Source: an uncultured Candidatus Saccharibacteria bacterium (lineage in GTDB: Bacteria; Patescibacteriota; Minisyncoccia; Sungbacterales; HO2-52-23). Taken from it: 64,000 nucleotides of DNA. The stretch spans positions 1,631 to 65,630 of the forward strand of contig CAZPDF010000002.1 of assembly GCA_964585475.1 (NCBI GenBank), in the 5' to 3' direction. A model generated the notes under the pieces. The model searched no databases and was not told the DNA's origin. It saw nothing but the letters and a program-made list of their open reading frames with translations. The position numbers were made by a program, and so were the translations under genes. Within the stretch, counting starts at the first letter, position 1. Each line of letters opens with the position of its first letter. Below, piece after piece: positions 52,175-62,392 of the stretch.

Positions 52175-52590
52175 AGACCGATCTTGTTAAAAAAGTGTGG
52201 CCGTTACTGCCGCGAATTTTATTACGGCAACTCCCGAGAAAAATTGAGATAGTTTCGGTGGCCGAGAAAAGATCTCGACTCCTTAACTTGATTTATCGCC
52301 GAAAGAATAAACCCGCCAACGTTTTATCTTTCCTCTATGGCCTGGACGTGTCCCGTCGAAGCCGACAGGCGAAGGCGGATTACGGAGAGATCTTGATATG
52401 CCCCGTACTCATCCGCCGCGAAGCCAAAAAACAAGGAAATACCTATAAATATCAGATGACTTGGATGGTGCTGCATGGTATGATACACTTGGCGGGATTG
52501 CATCATGAGGAATCCCGAAGGTTGGCAGAACGGGTAGAGAAATTGGAGCATAGCATACTGCGTAAATTATCCAGTCAAGCGAAACTCTAA
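52171..52590 (+). CDS. ybeY: rRNA maturation endoribonuclease YbeY
   Basis: HGMIHLAGLHHE (H..H....H zinc motif). Confidence 0.85.
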   Translation: MKTDLVKKVWPLLPRILLRQLPRKIEIVSVAEKRSRLLNLIYRRKNKPANVLSFLYGLDVSRRSRQAKADYGEILICPVLIRREAKKQGNTYKYQMTWMVLHGMIHLAGLHHEESRRLAERVEKLEHSILRKLSSQAKL

Positions 52591-52700
52591 GTTCAAAACT
52601 CTAAACTCTAATCAAGTTCAAAGTTCCAAGATCAAAATTCAAATACGGATATTTTGGGTTTTGAGTTTAAAGTTTTCTTAGAGTTTAGAATTTGGAGTTT
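52580..52700. repeat. Intergenic low-complexity inverted repeat of the AAACTCTAAACTCT / TTCAAAATTCAAAT type
   Basis: gttcaaaactctaaactctaatcaagttcaaagttccaagatcaaaattcaaatacggatattttgggttttgagtttaaagttttcttagagtttagaatttggagtttagagtttt. Confidence 0.65.
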
Positions 52701-52714
52701 AGAGTTTTATTACT

Positions 52715-53956
52715 GTGTCTCGTAACATCATCACCGCATTAGACGTTGGCACCTCGACGGTTCAAACCGTGGTTGCCGAGAAAAGAAGAGGAGAACAAAA
52801 TCTCCGAGTATTGGGTATGGGAATTGCGCCTTCTGCGGGCGTCAGGCGCGGAATAATTGTGGATTTGGATGATGCGACCTCCTCTATCCGTAAGTCCGTT
52901 GAGGAGGCGCGCCGCTCCTCGGGCGCTACCACAAAATCCGTGTGGCTGGCGGTAGGAGGTGCGCATGTTGCGGTATCAAGTTCTCGCGGAGTGGTTGCGG
53001 TATCGCGTGCCGATGGCGAAATTTCTCCGGAAGACGCGCGCCGCGCCATTGCCGCGGCCGAGACCTTTGTTCCCAAAAATCCGAATAAAGAAATTCTGCA
53101 TATAATCCCCCGTGATTTCAAGGTGGATAATGAGGCCAACATTAAAAACCCGGTGGGAATGCACGGGATAAGATTAGAAGTTGACGCGCTGATTATTGAA
53201 TGCTCAAGCCCGCTCTTAAAAAATCTTTTAAAATGTGTCGGAGGCGCCGGGCTTACGGTTGAGGACTACGTTTTTGCTCCCTTTGCCGCAAGCGCATCAG
53301 TTCTTTCCAAGCGTCAGAAGGAGCTCGGGGTTATGCTTTTGGATGTTGGCGGCGGCACGGCAAGCTTTGTAATCTATGAGGAAGGAGTGCCGATACATGC
53401 CGGAGTAATTCCTATAGGCGGAAATCACATTACGAATGACGTAGCGATCGGTTTCCGGACGCATGTTGATGCGGCCGAGCGCATAAAAGTTGCCTACGGC
53501 TCGTGCCTTGCCGCGGAGCTCTCCAAACGCGAAGCCATCCGTCTTGCCGAATTTGTCGAAGGAGAAGGGGGCGTATATTCGCGTAGGGAACTTGCCGAAA
53601 TTATTGAGGCGCGGCTCGGTGACATTTTTGAACTTTTGCACAAGGAGTTAAAAAAAATCGGCCGCGTCCAGCTTCTGCCGGCCGGCGTGGTTTTGGTGGG
53701 CGGGTCTGCACTTCTACCCGGCCTAGTGGATCTTACGAAGCGAGAGATGAAATTACCGGTTGAACTTGGCAGGCCGCAGGAATTTCTTAGTGTAGTGGAC
53801 GAAGGGATAGCGCCTACGTTCGCCGCGGTTTTCGGGGTTCTTGAGTGGGCCAGATTAAGACGGGAGGAAGAAGGCGGTTGGCTCGCGCGGGGGCATAAAT
53901 CCATGGGTTTTAGCGAAAGCCCGTGGCTTAAGTGGTTGAGGTCCCTTCTTCCTTAA
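52715..53956 (+). CDS. ftsA: cell division protein FtsA
   Basis: ITALDVGTSTVQTVVAE...actin-like fold motifs...LLDVGGGTASFVIYEEG...VVLVGGSALLPGL. Confidence 0.9.
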   Translation: MSRNIITALDVGTSTVQTVVAEKRRGEQNLRVLGMGIAPSAGVRRGIIVDLDDATSSIRKSVEEARRSSGATTKSVWLAVGGAHVAVSSSRGVVAVSRADGEISPEDARRAIAAAETFVPKNPNKEILHIIPRDFKVDNEANIKNPVGMHGIRLEVDALIIECSSPLLKNLLKCVGGAGLTVEDYVFAPFAASASVLSKRQKELGVMLLDVGGGTASFVIYEEGVPIHAGVIPIGGNHITNDVAIGFRTHVDAAERIKVAYGSCLAAELSKREAIRLAEFVEGEGGVYSRRELAEIIEARLGDIFELLHKELKKIGRVQLLPAGVVLVGGSALLPGLVDLTKREMKLPVELGRPQEFLSVVDEGIAPTFAAVFGVLEWARLRREEEGGWLARGHKSMGFSESPWLKWLRSLLP

Positions 53957-54101
53957 AAGCACCCACACGTAAAAGTTGTGGGTTTTTTGTTGATAAGAGG
54001 TGCACTATTTGTTTATATGCCATTTGTGCAAAATGGGGTTACTATGTTACGAATGGAGCGGAAGATGTTTTGTAGAGTAATCGCTAATCAGACCCGAATT
54101 C

Positions 54102-54144
54102 TATTCGCGAATGCCCGTAGTGAGCTTGTCGAACTATTCGCGAA
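54102..54144. promoter_or_regulatory. Two TATTCGCGAA motifs upstream of ftsZ (same core as the parB-upstream palindrome)
   Basis: ctattcgcgaatgcc and ctattcgcgaacttg, 33 bp apart. Confidence 0.4.
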
Positions 54145-54171
54145 CTTGATTCGTGATTGATTTGAGAGCGT

Positions 54172-55272
54172 GTGCCCCAGTTAAAACCAGACATCGAAAC
54201 ATACGCGAGGATCAAGGTGGTGGGAGTAGGCGGAGGAGGAGGAAAGGCAGTGACGAGAATGATTGACCATAAAATAAATGGGGTTGATTTTATTACCATA
54301 AATACTGACGCGCAGGATCTGCATTTTACGAAAGCAAAGACCAAAATCCATATCGGGAAGAATCTCACCAAGGGTCTTGGCGCGGGAATGAATCCGGAAG
54401 TGGGGAGGCAGGCGGCGGAGGAAAATAGAGACGAGATACACGAAATTCTAAAAGGAGCGGATATGGTTTTTCTTACCTGCGGTCTGGGAGGAGGGACAGG
54501 GTCCGGCGCATCCCCCATCATTGCGGAGGTGGCGCGGGATGCGGGGTCGCTGGTAATCGGCGTTGTAACGAAGCCGTTTGGTTTTGAAGGAGCCAAGCGC
54601 GCGGAGGTTGCGGAAGAGGCATGGCACCACTTGAAGGAGCGGGTGGATGCTTTAATTACCATTCCTAACGACCGGCTTCTGAACGTAATCAATAAAGACA
54701 CTTCGTTAGTAAACGCCTTTATCATATGTGATGACGTTTTGCGACAAGCCGTTCAGGGGATTTCGGATCTCATTATCAGCCCGGGCATAATTAATGTGGA
54801 TTTTGCCGATGTGCGGGCGGTTATGAAAGAGGCCGGATCGGCCTTGATGGGCGTGGGGCATGCGACCGGAGAGGATAGGGCGGTGGTAGCAGCCAAATCT
54901 GCGGTAAATTCTCCGTTGCTTGATGTATCAATTGACGGCGCGCGTGGGGTTCTCTTCAATGTTTCCGGCGGCCCGGATCTTACCATGTGGGAAATCAACG
55001 AGGCGGCTAAAGTAATTACCGAATCCATTGACCGCGAAGCCAAAGTGATTTTTGGCGCGGTGCATGACGAGCGCCTGAAAAAAGGAGAAATAAAAATTAC
55101 CGTGATTGCCACCGGATTTAACTCTTCGCCCACGCTTAAACTGCCGCTTCATCGCGGGGATGGGCATGAACAAAAGAAACCGCCCCCGGTTGGAAATAAA
55201 AAACAGAGTAATGTCGAGGAGGAAGAAAGCGAATGGGACGCGGTGCCGGCGTTTTTGCGGCGGAAAAAATAG
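54172..55272 (+). CDS. ftsZ: cell division GTPase FtsZ
   Basis: ARIKVVGVGGGGGKAV...GGGTGSGASPIIAEVARDAG tubulin signature; GTG start, exact start uncertain. Confidence 0.95.
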   Translation: MPQLKPDIETYARIKVVGVGGGGGKAVTRMIDHKINGVDFITINTDAQDLHFTKAKTKIHIGKNLTKGLGAGMNPEVGRQAAEENRDEIHEILKGADMVFLTCGLGGGTGSGASPIIAEVARDAGSLVIGVVTKPFGFEGAKRAEVAEEAWHHLKERVDALITIPNDRLLNVINKDTSLVNAFIICDDVLRQAVQGISDLIISPGIINVDFADVRAVMKEAGSALMGVGHATGEDRAVVAAKSAVNSPLLDVSIDGARGVLFNVSGGPDLTMWEINEAAKVITESIDREAKVIFGAVHDERLKKGEIKITVIATGFNSSPTLKLPLHRGDGHEQKKPPPVGNKKQSNVEEEESEWDAVPAFLRRKK

Positions 55273-55415
55273 CTCGAAGATTCGGTTTCCTCGGCCGAAT
55301 CTTAACTCGCAGCGGCATGGCGCCGCATTTTATTTTGGTTAAATTAAAAAACTCAACGGATGTCCGTTGAGTTTTTGGTTTTTGAGGGATTCGACAATTT
55401 TCTTTTAGCTACCAC

Positions 55416-56252
55416 TTAGTTATCAATATCTACCGCACGCTCTTTGCGTAATGTTCGGAATTGTTCTAGCAGGTCTGGATTGTTATTTTGCAAGAACTCC
55501 CAGGCATGCAAGTTTAAGTCAAGCTCATATGTATATTTGTATTCCGTATGAGTCCTTTTGTATTCCAGGAGCCTTGAAGCCATTTCTAGCCGTTCGGACA
55601 CAGTAGGATTTTCTGAAGTATAGGCCGCTTCAGCATCGATCATGACGTGCATCGCCCAGGGTGTATACATTTGTAAGCGTCTGTTCCCCGGATATTTTGC
55701 ATAGATGTTTAACAAGAAATCAATGACAGTAATTCCATATCTTTTGCCATAGTACCTGCCCAGTAGCGCAAAATCGGAAAGCGATCTTGATAGTTGATTT
55801 CTGTCGCTATCGTCATCTTTATTCCAATCAATAGCTTTTATTACTTCCAGCATCTGCCTAAAGAGCGGATCCGTCTGTTCAAAATTAAACTCTTGACGAG
55901 TATCTTGAATATCCGCAAGGCGCCGCGAAATAGTCTTAAAAGATGTTTCAAGAAAGTCCTGTGCGGTCATTCCATATTTTTCGAGTAATGCCGGTGTGAT
56001 ATCCGCATTTCCTTTGCAGCTTAGCTCGTCACCGCCTTTTATGTTATTTTCGTCGCGTTTTTCTCCTTTGGCGCTAATCCGAATAGTATACTCGTCAATC
56101 CTTTCTATACGAGTGCTATTTTCGAAGTTTTTTAACTCGCCGACCTTCAGCATCTCCCAATATTGATCTCGTTTCGGGTTTTGCGCGAAACTTGATTGTG
56201 AAAGAACCAAGACACCCAATGCAACAAATAGGGAAGTAGTTACTCTTTTCAT
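55416..56252 (-). CDS. secreted protein with one copy of a roughly 130-aa repeat domain (YYGK(R/Q)YG core), paralog of 56467-57882
   Basis: Signal peptide MKRVTTSLFVALGVLVLSQSSFAQN; domain ...DWNKDDDSDRNQLSRSLSDFALLGRYYGKRYGITVIDFLLNIYAKYPGN... Confidence 0.5.
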   Translation of the reverse strand: MKRVTTSLFVALGVLVLSQSSFAQNPKRDQYWEMLKVGELKNFENSTRIERIDEYTIRISAKGEKRDENNIKGGDELSCKGNADITPALLEKYGMTAQDFLETSFKTISRRLADIQDTRQEFNFEQTDPLFRQMLEVIKAIDWNKDDDSDRNQLSRSLSDFALLGRYYGKRYGITVIDFLLNIYAKYPGNRRLQMYTPWAMHVMIDAEAAYTSENPTVSERLEMASRLLEYKRTHTEYKYTYELDLNLHAWEFLQNNNPDLLEQFRTLRKERAVDIDN

Positions 56253-56466
56253 CCGTCGCACCCGCGTTCTTTTGTGTGAATATGTAGCACAGCTCCGTAT
56301 TTCTGTCAAAGTAGCCAGACGAGCCGTTGAGTATAAGTTAATTCCACATACGAAAAGTAGGGAAGTGTTTCTACTAAACTATTGTCGCCGATCGGCGGTG
56401 GTAGTTTAGTAGCTGACGTATCACCGGTTTTAAAAATCCCAACGGAGGTCCGTTGGGCGCTTTTTT

Positions 56467-57882
56467 CTACTTTTTCTCGTTTTCGCGGGTTTTTTTAAGA
56501 TCCAGCAGGCGCTTCACTAAATCCGGCGCAACTACCTGAAGGATCGCTTCTGCCGAGCCGGACGACACGGAATCATCAGGGTAATAAAGATAGAGGGTGT
56601 AAAGTTTCTCGCCAAGCTCTCTTCGCTCGGCCCGGGTGGGGATTTCTATTCCTCGGGCATCCGCTGAAGTGATCATTCGTCGAATGGATTCCTGGTACAC
56701 ATCTCTTAGCGTGCCGTCTTGGGGATACTTTCTCATAAGATCTTCCAGCATCCGAACAATGCGCCATCCGTATTGTTTGCCGTATGCTGCCGTCCACGCG
56801 ATTCTCTCCACCTCGCTTTTATCAAATGGCAGAGAGCCGTCTGGTCTGGGTCGCGCGCGGTTAAGAATTTTTTCGATTTCCGAAAGAAGCGTCCACGATG
56901 CAGAATTATTTTCTTGATACCAGACGCTTGACCGTAATGATTCCACGAGCGCCTTGAATGCTTCCTTCTGGGTGAGGCCCGATATTGGAAAATCGTAACG
57001 CGGATCGTGAAAGCTTACGTTTTCAATCGGAGAGTAAGCCGAGCTACGGTTTAGAGTTTCCTTTTCTCTTAGCGCGACTTCCTGCTCGTTTCGTACCGCA
57101 TAAATTTTTTCAAGAACGTCGGGTGCTACAATTCTTGCTAAGGCCTCTCCGCCATGGTAGGAATCCAGCGGCAGGTATGCGGAAGGATAGTTTTTATAAA
57201 GCTCGAGAAGTTTTTCTAGCAGAGTTCTTCGTTCCTCCGTTGTGGGGACTCCGATGCTGGAGGAGGGTGCGAGCGTAAGGAGGTGGTGCACTGCCACGCG
57301 AAGGGCAACGTGAATTTCGCTTTCAGGGAACTCTGCGGTAAGTTCGGTAAGAAGTTCTAGGATCTTGAAGCCGTACTGCTTGCCATAATAATATCCAATT
57401 TGAGCGAGGGCATAGGGCGCATCGCTAATAGAGGATGTCGTCTTGTAGTCCCCCCAGTCCATTGTTTTGGCAAACGACACAATTTTGTCAAAAAGTTTGT
57501 CGGCTTGCGGATCGTCAGTGATTCCTGCCTCCTTCATTTCGCTGAGGCGTTCCTCGAGTTCTTTAACCAAAAAATAAAAGGCGTCTTGCGTTTTCTGGCC
57601 CTCGGTCGGCTCGTTCGGCTCGCATGAAGAGTTTCCCATTTCATCAAAACGCAAAGGTGCTTTTCCTGTCGAGAGATTTTTCTCGGTGATTTTATTTACC
57701 TTGTTTCCGGTTAGGGAAACGACGATTGTATCCTCGCCCCGCAATTCTATTTTCAGCGAGCCGTTGCCTACGTTGGAAAGTCGTTCAATATCCTCTTTTT
57801 GCCAATTTTGCGCGAAACTTGATTGTGAAAGAACGAGGATTCCGACAAGCAGGGAAAGGAGGAGAGGAATAAGCTTTTTCAT
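56467..57882 (-). CDS. secreted protein with two tandem copies of the YYGKQYG repeat domain
   Basis: Signal peptide MKKLIPLLLSLLVGILVLSQSSFAQN (shares VLSQSSFAQN with the paralog); repeats around ...ALAQIGYYYGKQYGFKILELL... and ...AWTAAYGKQYGWRIVRMLEDL... Confidence 0.5.
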   Translation of the reverse strand: MKKLIPLLLSLLVGILVLSQSSFAQNWQKEDIERLSNVGNGSLKIELRGEDTIVVSLTGNKVNKITEKNLSTGKAPLRFDEMGNSSCEPNEPTEGQKTQDAFYFLVKELEERLSEMKEAGITDDPQADKLFDKIVSFAKTMDWGDYKTTSSISDAPYALAQIGYYYGKQYGFKILELLTELTAEFPESEIHVALRVAVHHLLTLAPSSSIGVPTTEERRTLLEKLLELYKNYPSAYLPLDSYHGGEALARIVAPDVLEKIYAVRNEQEVALREKETLNRSSAYSPIENVSFHDPRYDFPISGLTQKEAFKALVESLRSSVWYQENNSASWTLLSEIEKILNRARPRPDGSLPFDKSEVERIAWTAAYGKQYGWRIVRMLEDLMRKYPQDGTLRDVYQESIRRMITSADARGIEIPTRAERRELGEKLYTLYLYYPDDSVSSGSAEAILQVVAPDLVKRLLDLKKTRENEKK

Positions 57883-58083
57883 CAGAAGATTCTCCCAAGA
57901 GACGCTCTACAATCTTTAGCATTTATCATTATTTTTGTCAACCCCGTTAGAAGTTTCTGGAACACATGTATCTTCTTTTTGCGGTGATACTTTCTGATGC
58001 ATTTTTGTTGTTGTTTACGTGAGCATAAAAAATGTTGAAATTTTTTATGTCATAAACTTCTAATTGGGTCAAGGACTCATTAC

Positions 58084-58092
58084 TTATCCACA
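58084..58092. promoter_or_regulatory. Perfect DnaA box TTATCCACA in the AT-rich nrdJ upstream region
   Basis: cattacttatccacagaattttttt lies within the 480-bp AT-rich intergenic region. Confidence 0.4.
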
Positions 58093-58199
58093 GAATTTTT
58101 TTGACTGGGCATGGCACCGCGATATAATTAAGCTAACAACCTTAGCTACCAAGAAATTTTTCGAAAATTCTCTTTCGTCCGGGCGGTCAGCCCCCACAC

Positions 58200-58322
58200 C
58201 TATTTTGAACTGCGGTATACGTATTTAGCGGATGTTCTTGAGAACTGCGGCCACAAGCCCGGTGTCGATAGAATCCCAGTGCGTAGTCTGCAGTTTCTGA
58301 TTGTTCAAAATAGGTGTGGGGG
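58200..58322. repeat. Palindromic element, CCCCCACACCTATT family, immediately upstream of nrdJ
   Basis: cccccacacctattttgaac ... gttcaaaataggtgtggggg; 20-bp perfect TIRs flanking 83 bp; sibling at 25627-25689. Confidence 0.7.
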
Positions 58323-58365
58323 CACGCCGAGGAGGGCGGAGGAGAATTTTTGTCAAGAAACGTAC

Positions 58366-61300
58366 ATGACACGGATCCTTCAAGACCAAAGAACAGAAGA
58401 GCATAAAGCAGCTCGACACCCGCTTCCTTTGAAGCGGCTTTTTACTAAAGAAGGATCGCACCCCTTCGACGGGGTTGGGTGGAAGAAAGTGAAAGTTACC
58501 GTGCGCGGCATCAACGGTCACGTTGAGGAACGGGAACTTGAATTTCCGGATTTTTGGTCGGAGAACGCCGCAATCATTGCGGGCTCCAAATATTTTCGCG
58601 GCCGCATCGGGTCTCCGGAGCGAGAAATATCAGCACGCGAGATGATCCGCCGGGTTTCCGAAACTATCAGCGGCTGGGGTTTTAATCTCGGATACTTTGA
58701 TACCCAGGATGATGCGCAAATTTTTGGAGAGGAACTCGCGCATATACTTCTCCACCAAAAAGCCGCTTTTAATTCTCCGGTCTGGTTTAACGTTGGAATA
58801 GAGTCTCCTCCGCAGTGTTCCGCCTGTCAGCCGTACCGAGCGCTGGTAAGTACGCCCTCCGGATTTTTCCCGATTGGAGAAATCGTAGAAAAAAATCTTT
58901 TGGGACTGCCGGTATACGATTCACAAGGCATTACGCGGGTTATTGCCGTAAAAAATAACGGAGTAAAAAATGTTTATAAAATCTGTCTTCGTAACGGAAC
59001 TTTTATAGAAGCCACCGGAGACCATTTGATCAAAGCAGCGCGCGAAAGAAGAACACGATCGCAGTGGATTCGCGTTGACGAACTGAGTGAAGGAATGCGG
59101 CTACATTTGTATCCGCATAGAGAAATTCTACAGAAGCAAATTTTGGCGCCTGCTATGCAGGATTTGGTTAGTAGTGCGGCCGCGAATTCGAATGTTATTA
59201 CCGCAGCACCTCCGCTAGTTTCGCTTAAAAATTCACAAGTGGAGATTGGTGAAGCGGCGCTTGCCGGATGGCTGCAGGCGGATGGGTTTGTGGGGCAGTA
59301 TCAAACAGGAACCAATCGTTCCTTGACCATAGAGTTTATGGCAGTGACTCCCGAGGAAAAGCAGTGGATAGAGATGCATCTTAATACCGTATTTCCTTAC
59401 GTTCATCGGAAAGTACGTATCACCAAGACCAAAGCGGGAACTCCCATAACGAGGATTCGCCTGTACGGTGAATCGCTGCGTTCTTTTGTAGAAAAGTATG
59501 AGCTTTTGAAGAGACGTCAGGCTATCCGTGTGCCCCAGGCGCTTTGGAAGAGTCCGCCGCAGGTTAGCAGTGCATATTTGAAGAGCGTCTTTCAGGGTGA
59601 AGGATTTGTACATATGCGAGAACGGTCGGTTCACGTCGCCTTTGACACCATCAGCCAGGAATGGATGCATGATGTACAAATACTTTTATATGGACTTGGT
59701 ATTTATTCGCGCATTCGGCATAAAAAAGAACCTCGTTCTAACCGCAGCGATCTCTATGAACTTGATATCAGTTATGGAGGTGAACGAAAAAAATTCGCTG
59801 ACCGCATCGGATTTATAAGCCAAGAAAAACAGGATAAGTTAAATGCCTCACTGGAAATTGATCGTCAGAAGAACGTCCCCGATCTTCGAGAGGAAGAGAT
59901 TGTCCATATCGAGCAGTTGGGCGAAGAGGTGGTATACGATATTCAAACCGAGAGCGGTGAATATTTAAGCAATAACGTTGCTGTTCATAATTGTTTTATA
60001 CTTTCGGTCGAGGACAACATGGAATCGATCCTGCAATGGATTTACACCGAGGGCATGATTTTCAAGCGCGGATCCGGCGCGGGGATAAATCTTTCCACTC
60101 TTCGCTCAAGCCACGAGACGTTGTCCAAAGGCGGCCATTCTTCCGGTCCGGTATCTTTCATGAGAGGAGCGGATGCGGTTGCCGGCATGATTGCCTCCGG
60201 CGGATCAACCAGGCGTGCGGCAAAAATGGTTGTGCTGAATGCCGACCACCCGGACGTTATGAGATTCATACGTTCGAAGTCCGAGGAAGAAAAAAAAGTT
60301 CGGGCGCTGATTGCGGCAGGATATAATATGTATGATTTGAATAATGACGCTTGGAACTCGATTCAATATCAAAACGCGAATAATTCGGTAAGAGTCACGG
60401 ATGAATTTATGAATGCCGTTGAGGGCGATGAGAAATGGACCACGCGATATGTTACCACCGGCAAGGTGACCGAGGAAGTCCGGGCGCGCGATCTTATGCG
60501 CGCGATTGCCCAAGCCGCCTGGGATTCCGGAGATCCGGGGATGCAGTATGACACCACTATCAATCGCTGGCATACGGCTTCAAACACGGGCCGCATAAAC
60601 GCCTCTAACCCGTGCGCCGAATACATGCACCTTGATGATTCCGCCTGCAACCTTGCCTCGATCAACCTTCTGCGGTATTTGAATCGGGACGGGACTTTTA
60701 ACGTGCGCGATTTCATCCATACGGTGGATATCATGACTTTGGCGCAGGAAATCATAGTTGATTCTTCAAGCTATCCCACGGAAAAAATCGCTAAAAACGC
60801 GCATGAATTCCGGCAGCTGGGCTTAGGTTATGCCAATTTGGGCGCACTTCTTATGACTTGGGGCTTGCCCTATGACTCGGAAGAAGCGCGCCACACAGCA
60901 GCTTCCATAACCGCGCTTATTTGCGGGGAGGCGTATCGCTATTCTGCCGAGATTGCCAAACGCATGGGTCCTTTTCCCGGATACAAATTTAATAAAGCGC
61001 CGATGTCAAATGTCCTGGTCATGCATCGCGACTCGTTCGGAAGGGTGAGGGAGACGCGGGTTACGGATCGCGAGATATATCGTGCCGCAAAAAAAGTATG
61101 GGAGGAGGCCGTGGCTATGGGCAAGAAATACGGAGTTCGCAATTCGCAGGTTACGGTTATAGCCCCCACCGGAACCATCGCCCTTATGATGGATTGCGCA
61201 ACCACCGGGGTGGAACCTGAATTTGCGCTGGTGAAAATCAAAAATCTCGTCGGGGGTGGAACGATGAAATTCGTAAATACCGCCGTGCCGGATGCTCTTT

Positions 61301-62244
61301 TGCACCTCGGGTATCTTGAGGAGGAAGTTGGTGCGATTGTCTTTTACATTGAAAAAAACGGAACGATTGAGGGCGCGCCGGGATTAAAAGAGGAGCATTT
61401 GGCGGTTTTTGATTGCGCGGTAAAACCTGCAGGTGGAAAGCGATCAATCGCCTGGCAGGGACATGTAAAAATGGTGGGAGCAGTGCAGCCCTTTATCTCG
61501 GGAGCAATTTCAAAAACCTTCAATATGCCGCACGAGACCACGGTTGAAGAAATTATGCAGGCCTACACTATGGGTTGGAAATTGGGACTTAAGGCCTTTG
61601 CCGTCTATCGCGACGGATCAAAAGCGGCCCAGCCCTTGGTAACTGCCTCCGGGCAGGGCGGCGGGTCTTTCGAGCGAAAACCCGCGCGCAGGAAACTTCC
61701 TCCAACCCGGCCCTCCGAGACCCACAAATTCTCGATTGCCGGGCATGAAGGATATTTGACTTACAGCACTTTTGAGAATGGCGATTTGGCCGAAATTTTT
61801 ATCCGTATGTCAAAACAGGGCTCGACTTTGGCAGGGCTCTTGGATGCATTCGCGATTGCGATTTCGATCGCGCTTCAGCACGGGGTTCCTTTGAAAATTT
61901 TGGTGCGAAAATTTGCCTACGGCAGGTTTGAGCCGGCAGGATACACCGAAAATGCGGCAATCCAAATTGCAACCTCCATTACCGACTACATCTTCCGCTA
62001 TCTTGCGCTTAGGTTTTTGTTGCCGCAGGATTTGGATGAATTGGGAATTAAAGCGCCTCCCAAGGAAGTGGAGGCGATGACCAAAACGCTCAACGGGCTA
62101 CTGGAGGCGCGCGAGAAATCTTTGCCGGATCCGGATCGGCTCGTTTATGCCGATAGCGTATGCCGCGAGTGCGGAGGAATGATGATTCAGACCGGCGCCT
62201 GCAAAACCTGTTTTAGATGCGGAGCGACGTCTGGGGGTTGTTAA
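58366..62244 (+). CDS. nrdJ: class II (adenosylcobalamin-dependent) ribonucleotide reductase NrdJ, interrupted by an intein
   Basis: Extein motifs: ...SPVWFNVGIESPPQCSA|CFILSV... (active-site Cys loop), GSGAGINLSTLRSSHE, NPCAEYMHLDDSACNLASINL, C-terminal CRECGG...CKTCFRCG zinc ribbon; start ATG 58366 is tentative. Confidence 0.9.
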   Translation: MTRILQDQRTEEHKAARHPLPLKRLFTKEGSHPFDGVGWKKVKVTVRGINGHVEERELEFPDFWSENAAIIAGSKYFRGRIGSPEREISAREMIRRVSETISGWGFNLGYFDTQDDAQIFGEELAHILLHQKAAFNSPVWFNVGIESPPQCSACQPYRALVSTPSGFFPIGEIVEKNLLGLPVYDSQGITRVIAVKNNGVKNVYKICLRNGTFIEATGDHLIKAARERRTRSQWIRVDELSEGMRLHLYPHREILQKQILAPAMQDLVSSAAANSNVITAAPPLVSLKNSQVEIGEAALAGWLQADGFVGQYQTGTNRSLTIEFMAVTPEEKQWIEMHLNTVFPYVHRKVRITKTKAGTPITRIRLYGESLRSFVEKYELLKRRQAIRVPQALWKSPPQVSSAYLKSVFQGEGFVHMRERSVHVAFDTISQEWMHDVQILLYGLGIYSRIRHKKEPRSNRSDLYELDISYGGERKKFADRIGFISQEKQDKLNASLEIDRQKNVPDLREEEIVHIEQLGEEVVYDIQTESGEYLSNNVAVHNCFILSVEDNMESILQWIYTEGMIFKRGSGAGINLSTLRSSHETLSKGGHSSGPVSFMRGADAVAGMIASGGSTRRAAKMVVLNADHPDVMRFIRSKSEEEKKVRALIAAGYNMYDLNNDAWNSIQYQNANNSVRVTDEFMNAVEGDEKWTTRYVTTGKVTEEVRARDLMRAIAQAAWDSGDPGMQYDTTINRWHTASNTGRINASNPCAEYMHLDDSACNLASINLLRYLNRDGTFNVRDFIHTVDIMTLAQEIIVDSSSYPTEKIAKNAHEFRQLGLGYANLGALLMTWGLPYDSEEARHTAASITALICGEAYRYSAEIAKRMGPFPGYKFNKAPMSNVLVMHRDSFGRVRETRVTDREIYRAAKKVWEEAVAMGKKYGVRNSQVTVIAPTGTIALMMDCATTGVEPEFALVKIKNLVGGGTMKFVNTAVPDALLHLGYLEEEVGAIVFYIEKNGTIEGAPGLKEEHLAVFDCAVKPAGGKRSIAWQGHVKMVGAVQPFISGAISKTFNMPHETTVEEIMQAYTMGWKLGLKAFAVYRDGSKAAQPLVTASGQGGGSFERKPARRKLPPTRPSETHKFSIAGHEGYLTYSTFENGDLAEIFIRMSKQGSTLAGLLDAFAIAISIALQHGVPLKILVRKFAYGRFEPAGYTENAAIQIATSITDYIFRYLALRFLLPQDLDELGIKAPPKEVEAMTKTLNGLLEAREKSLPDPDRLVYADSVCRECGGMMIQTGACKTCFRCGATSGGC
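58825..59991 (+). mobile_element. 389-aa intein with a LAGLIDADG homing-endonuclease domain inserted at the NrdJ active-site loop
   Basis: Begins CQPYRALVSTPSGFFPIGEIV (block A), TGDHLI (block B, T..H), LAGWLQADGFVG and YLKSVFQGEGFV (two LAGLIDADG motifs), ends VYDIQTESGEYLSNNVAVHN followed by +1 Cys. Removal restores QCSA-CFILSV. Confidence 0.85.
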
Positions 62245-62258
62245 AACGGTGGTTCCCT

Positions 62259-62392
62259 CGGTATTTTGTTTTCGAAACACGTCTCGCGCGCTCCAGCGGC
62301 GCGCTCGCTAAGGGTCGGACGAAGTTTCGCGGATACGCCGCGAACCAAGCAACTTCGCCCTCCCATTGTTTCGAAAACAAAATACCTCGACC
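62259..62392. repeat. About 130-bp structured repeat, family B, copy 2 (after the nrdJ stop)
   Basis: cggtattttgttttcgaaacac...gcgctccagcggcgcgc...cccattgtttcgaaaacaaaatacctcgacc; shares terminal IR and internal blocks with 15995-16124. Confidence 0.65.

Noticed and set aside
57883-58365. Cobalamin riboswitch or NrdR box upstream of nrdJ
   Set aside because: No GCCACTG B12-box or ACACWATATWTWGTGT NrdR palindrome found by eye; only a DnaA box and a palindromic element. Needs Rfam scan.
58279-58365. Upstream GTG (58279) as nrdJ start
   Set aside because: That start would begin inside the 3' TIR of the palindromic element at 58200-58322 and add a 29-aa non-conserved leader; ATG 58366 preferred but uncertain.
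59233-61541. Minus-strand ORFs within nrdJ and its intein (59233-59679, 60205-60755, 60939-61305)
   Set aside because: Antisense to a strongly supported gene; no features.
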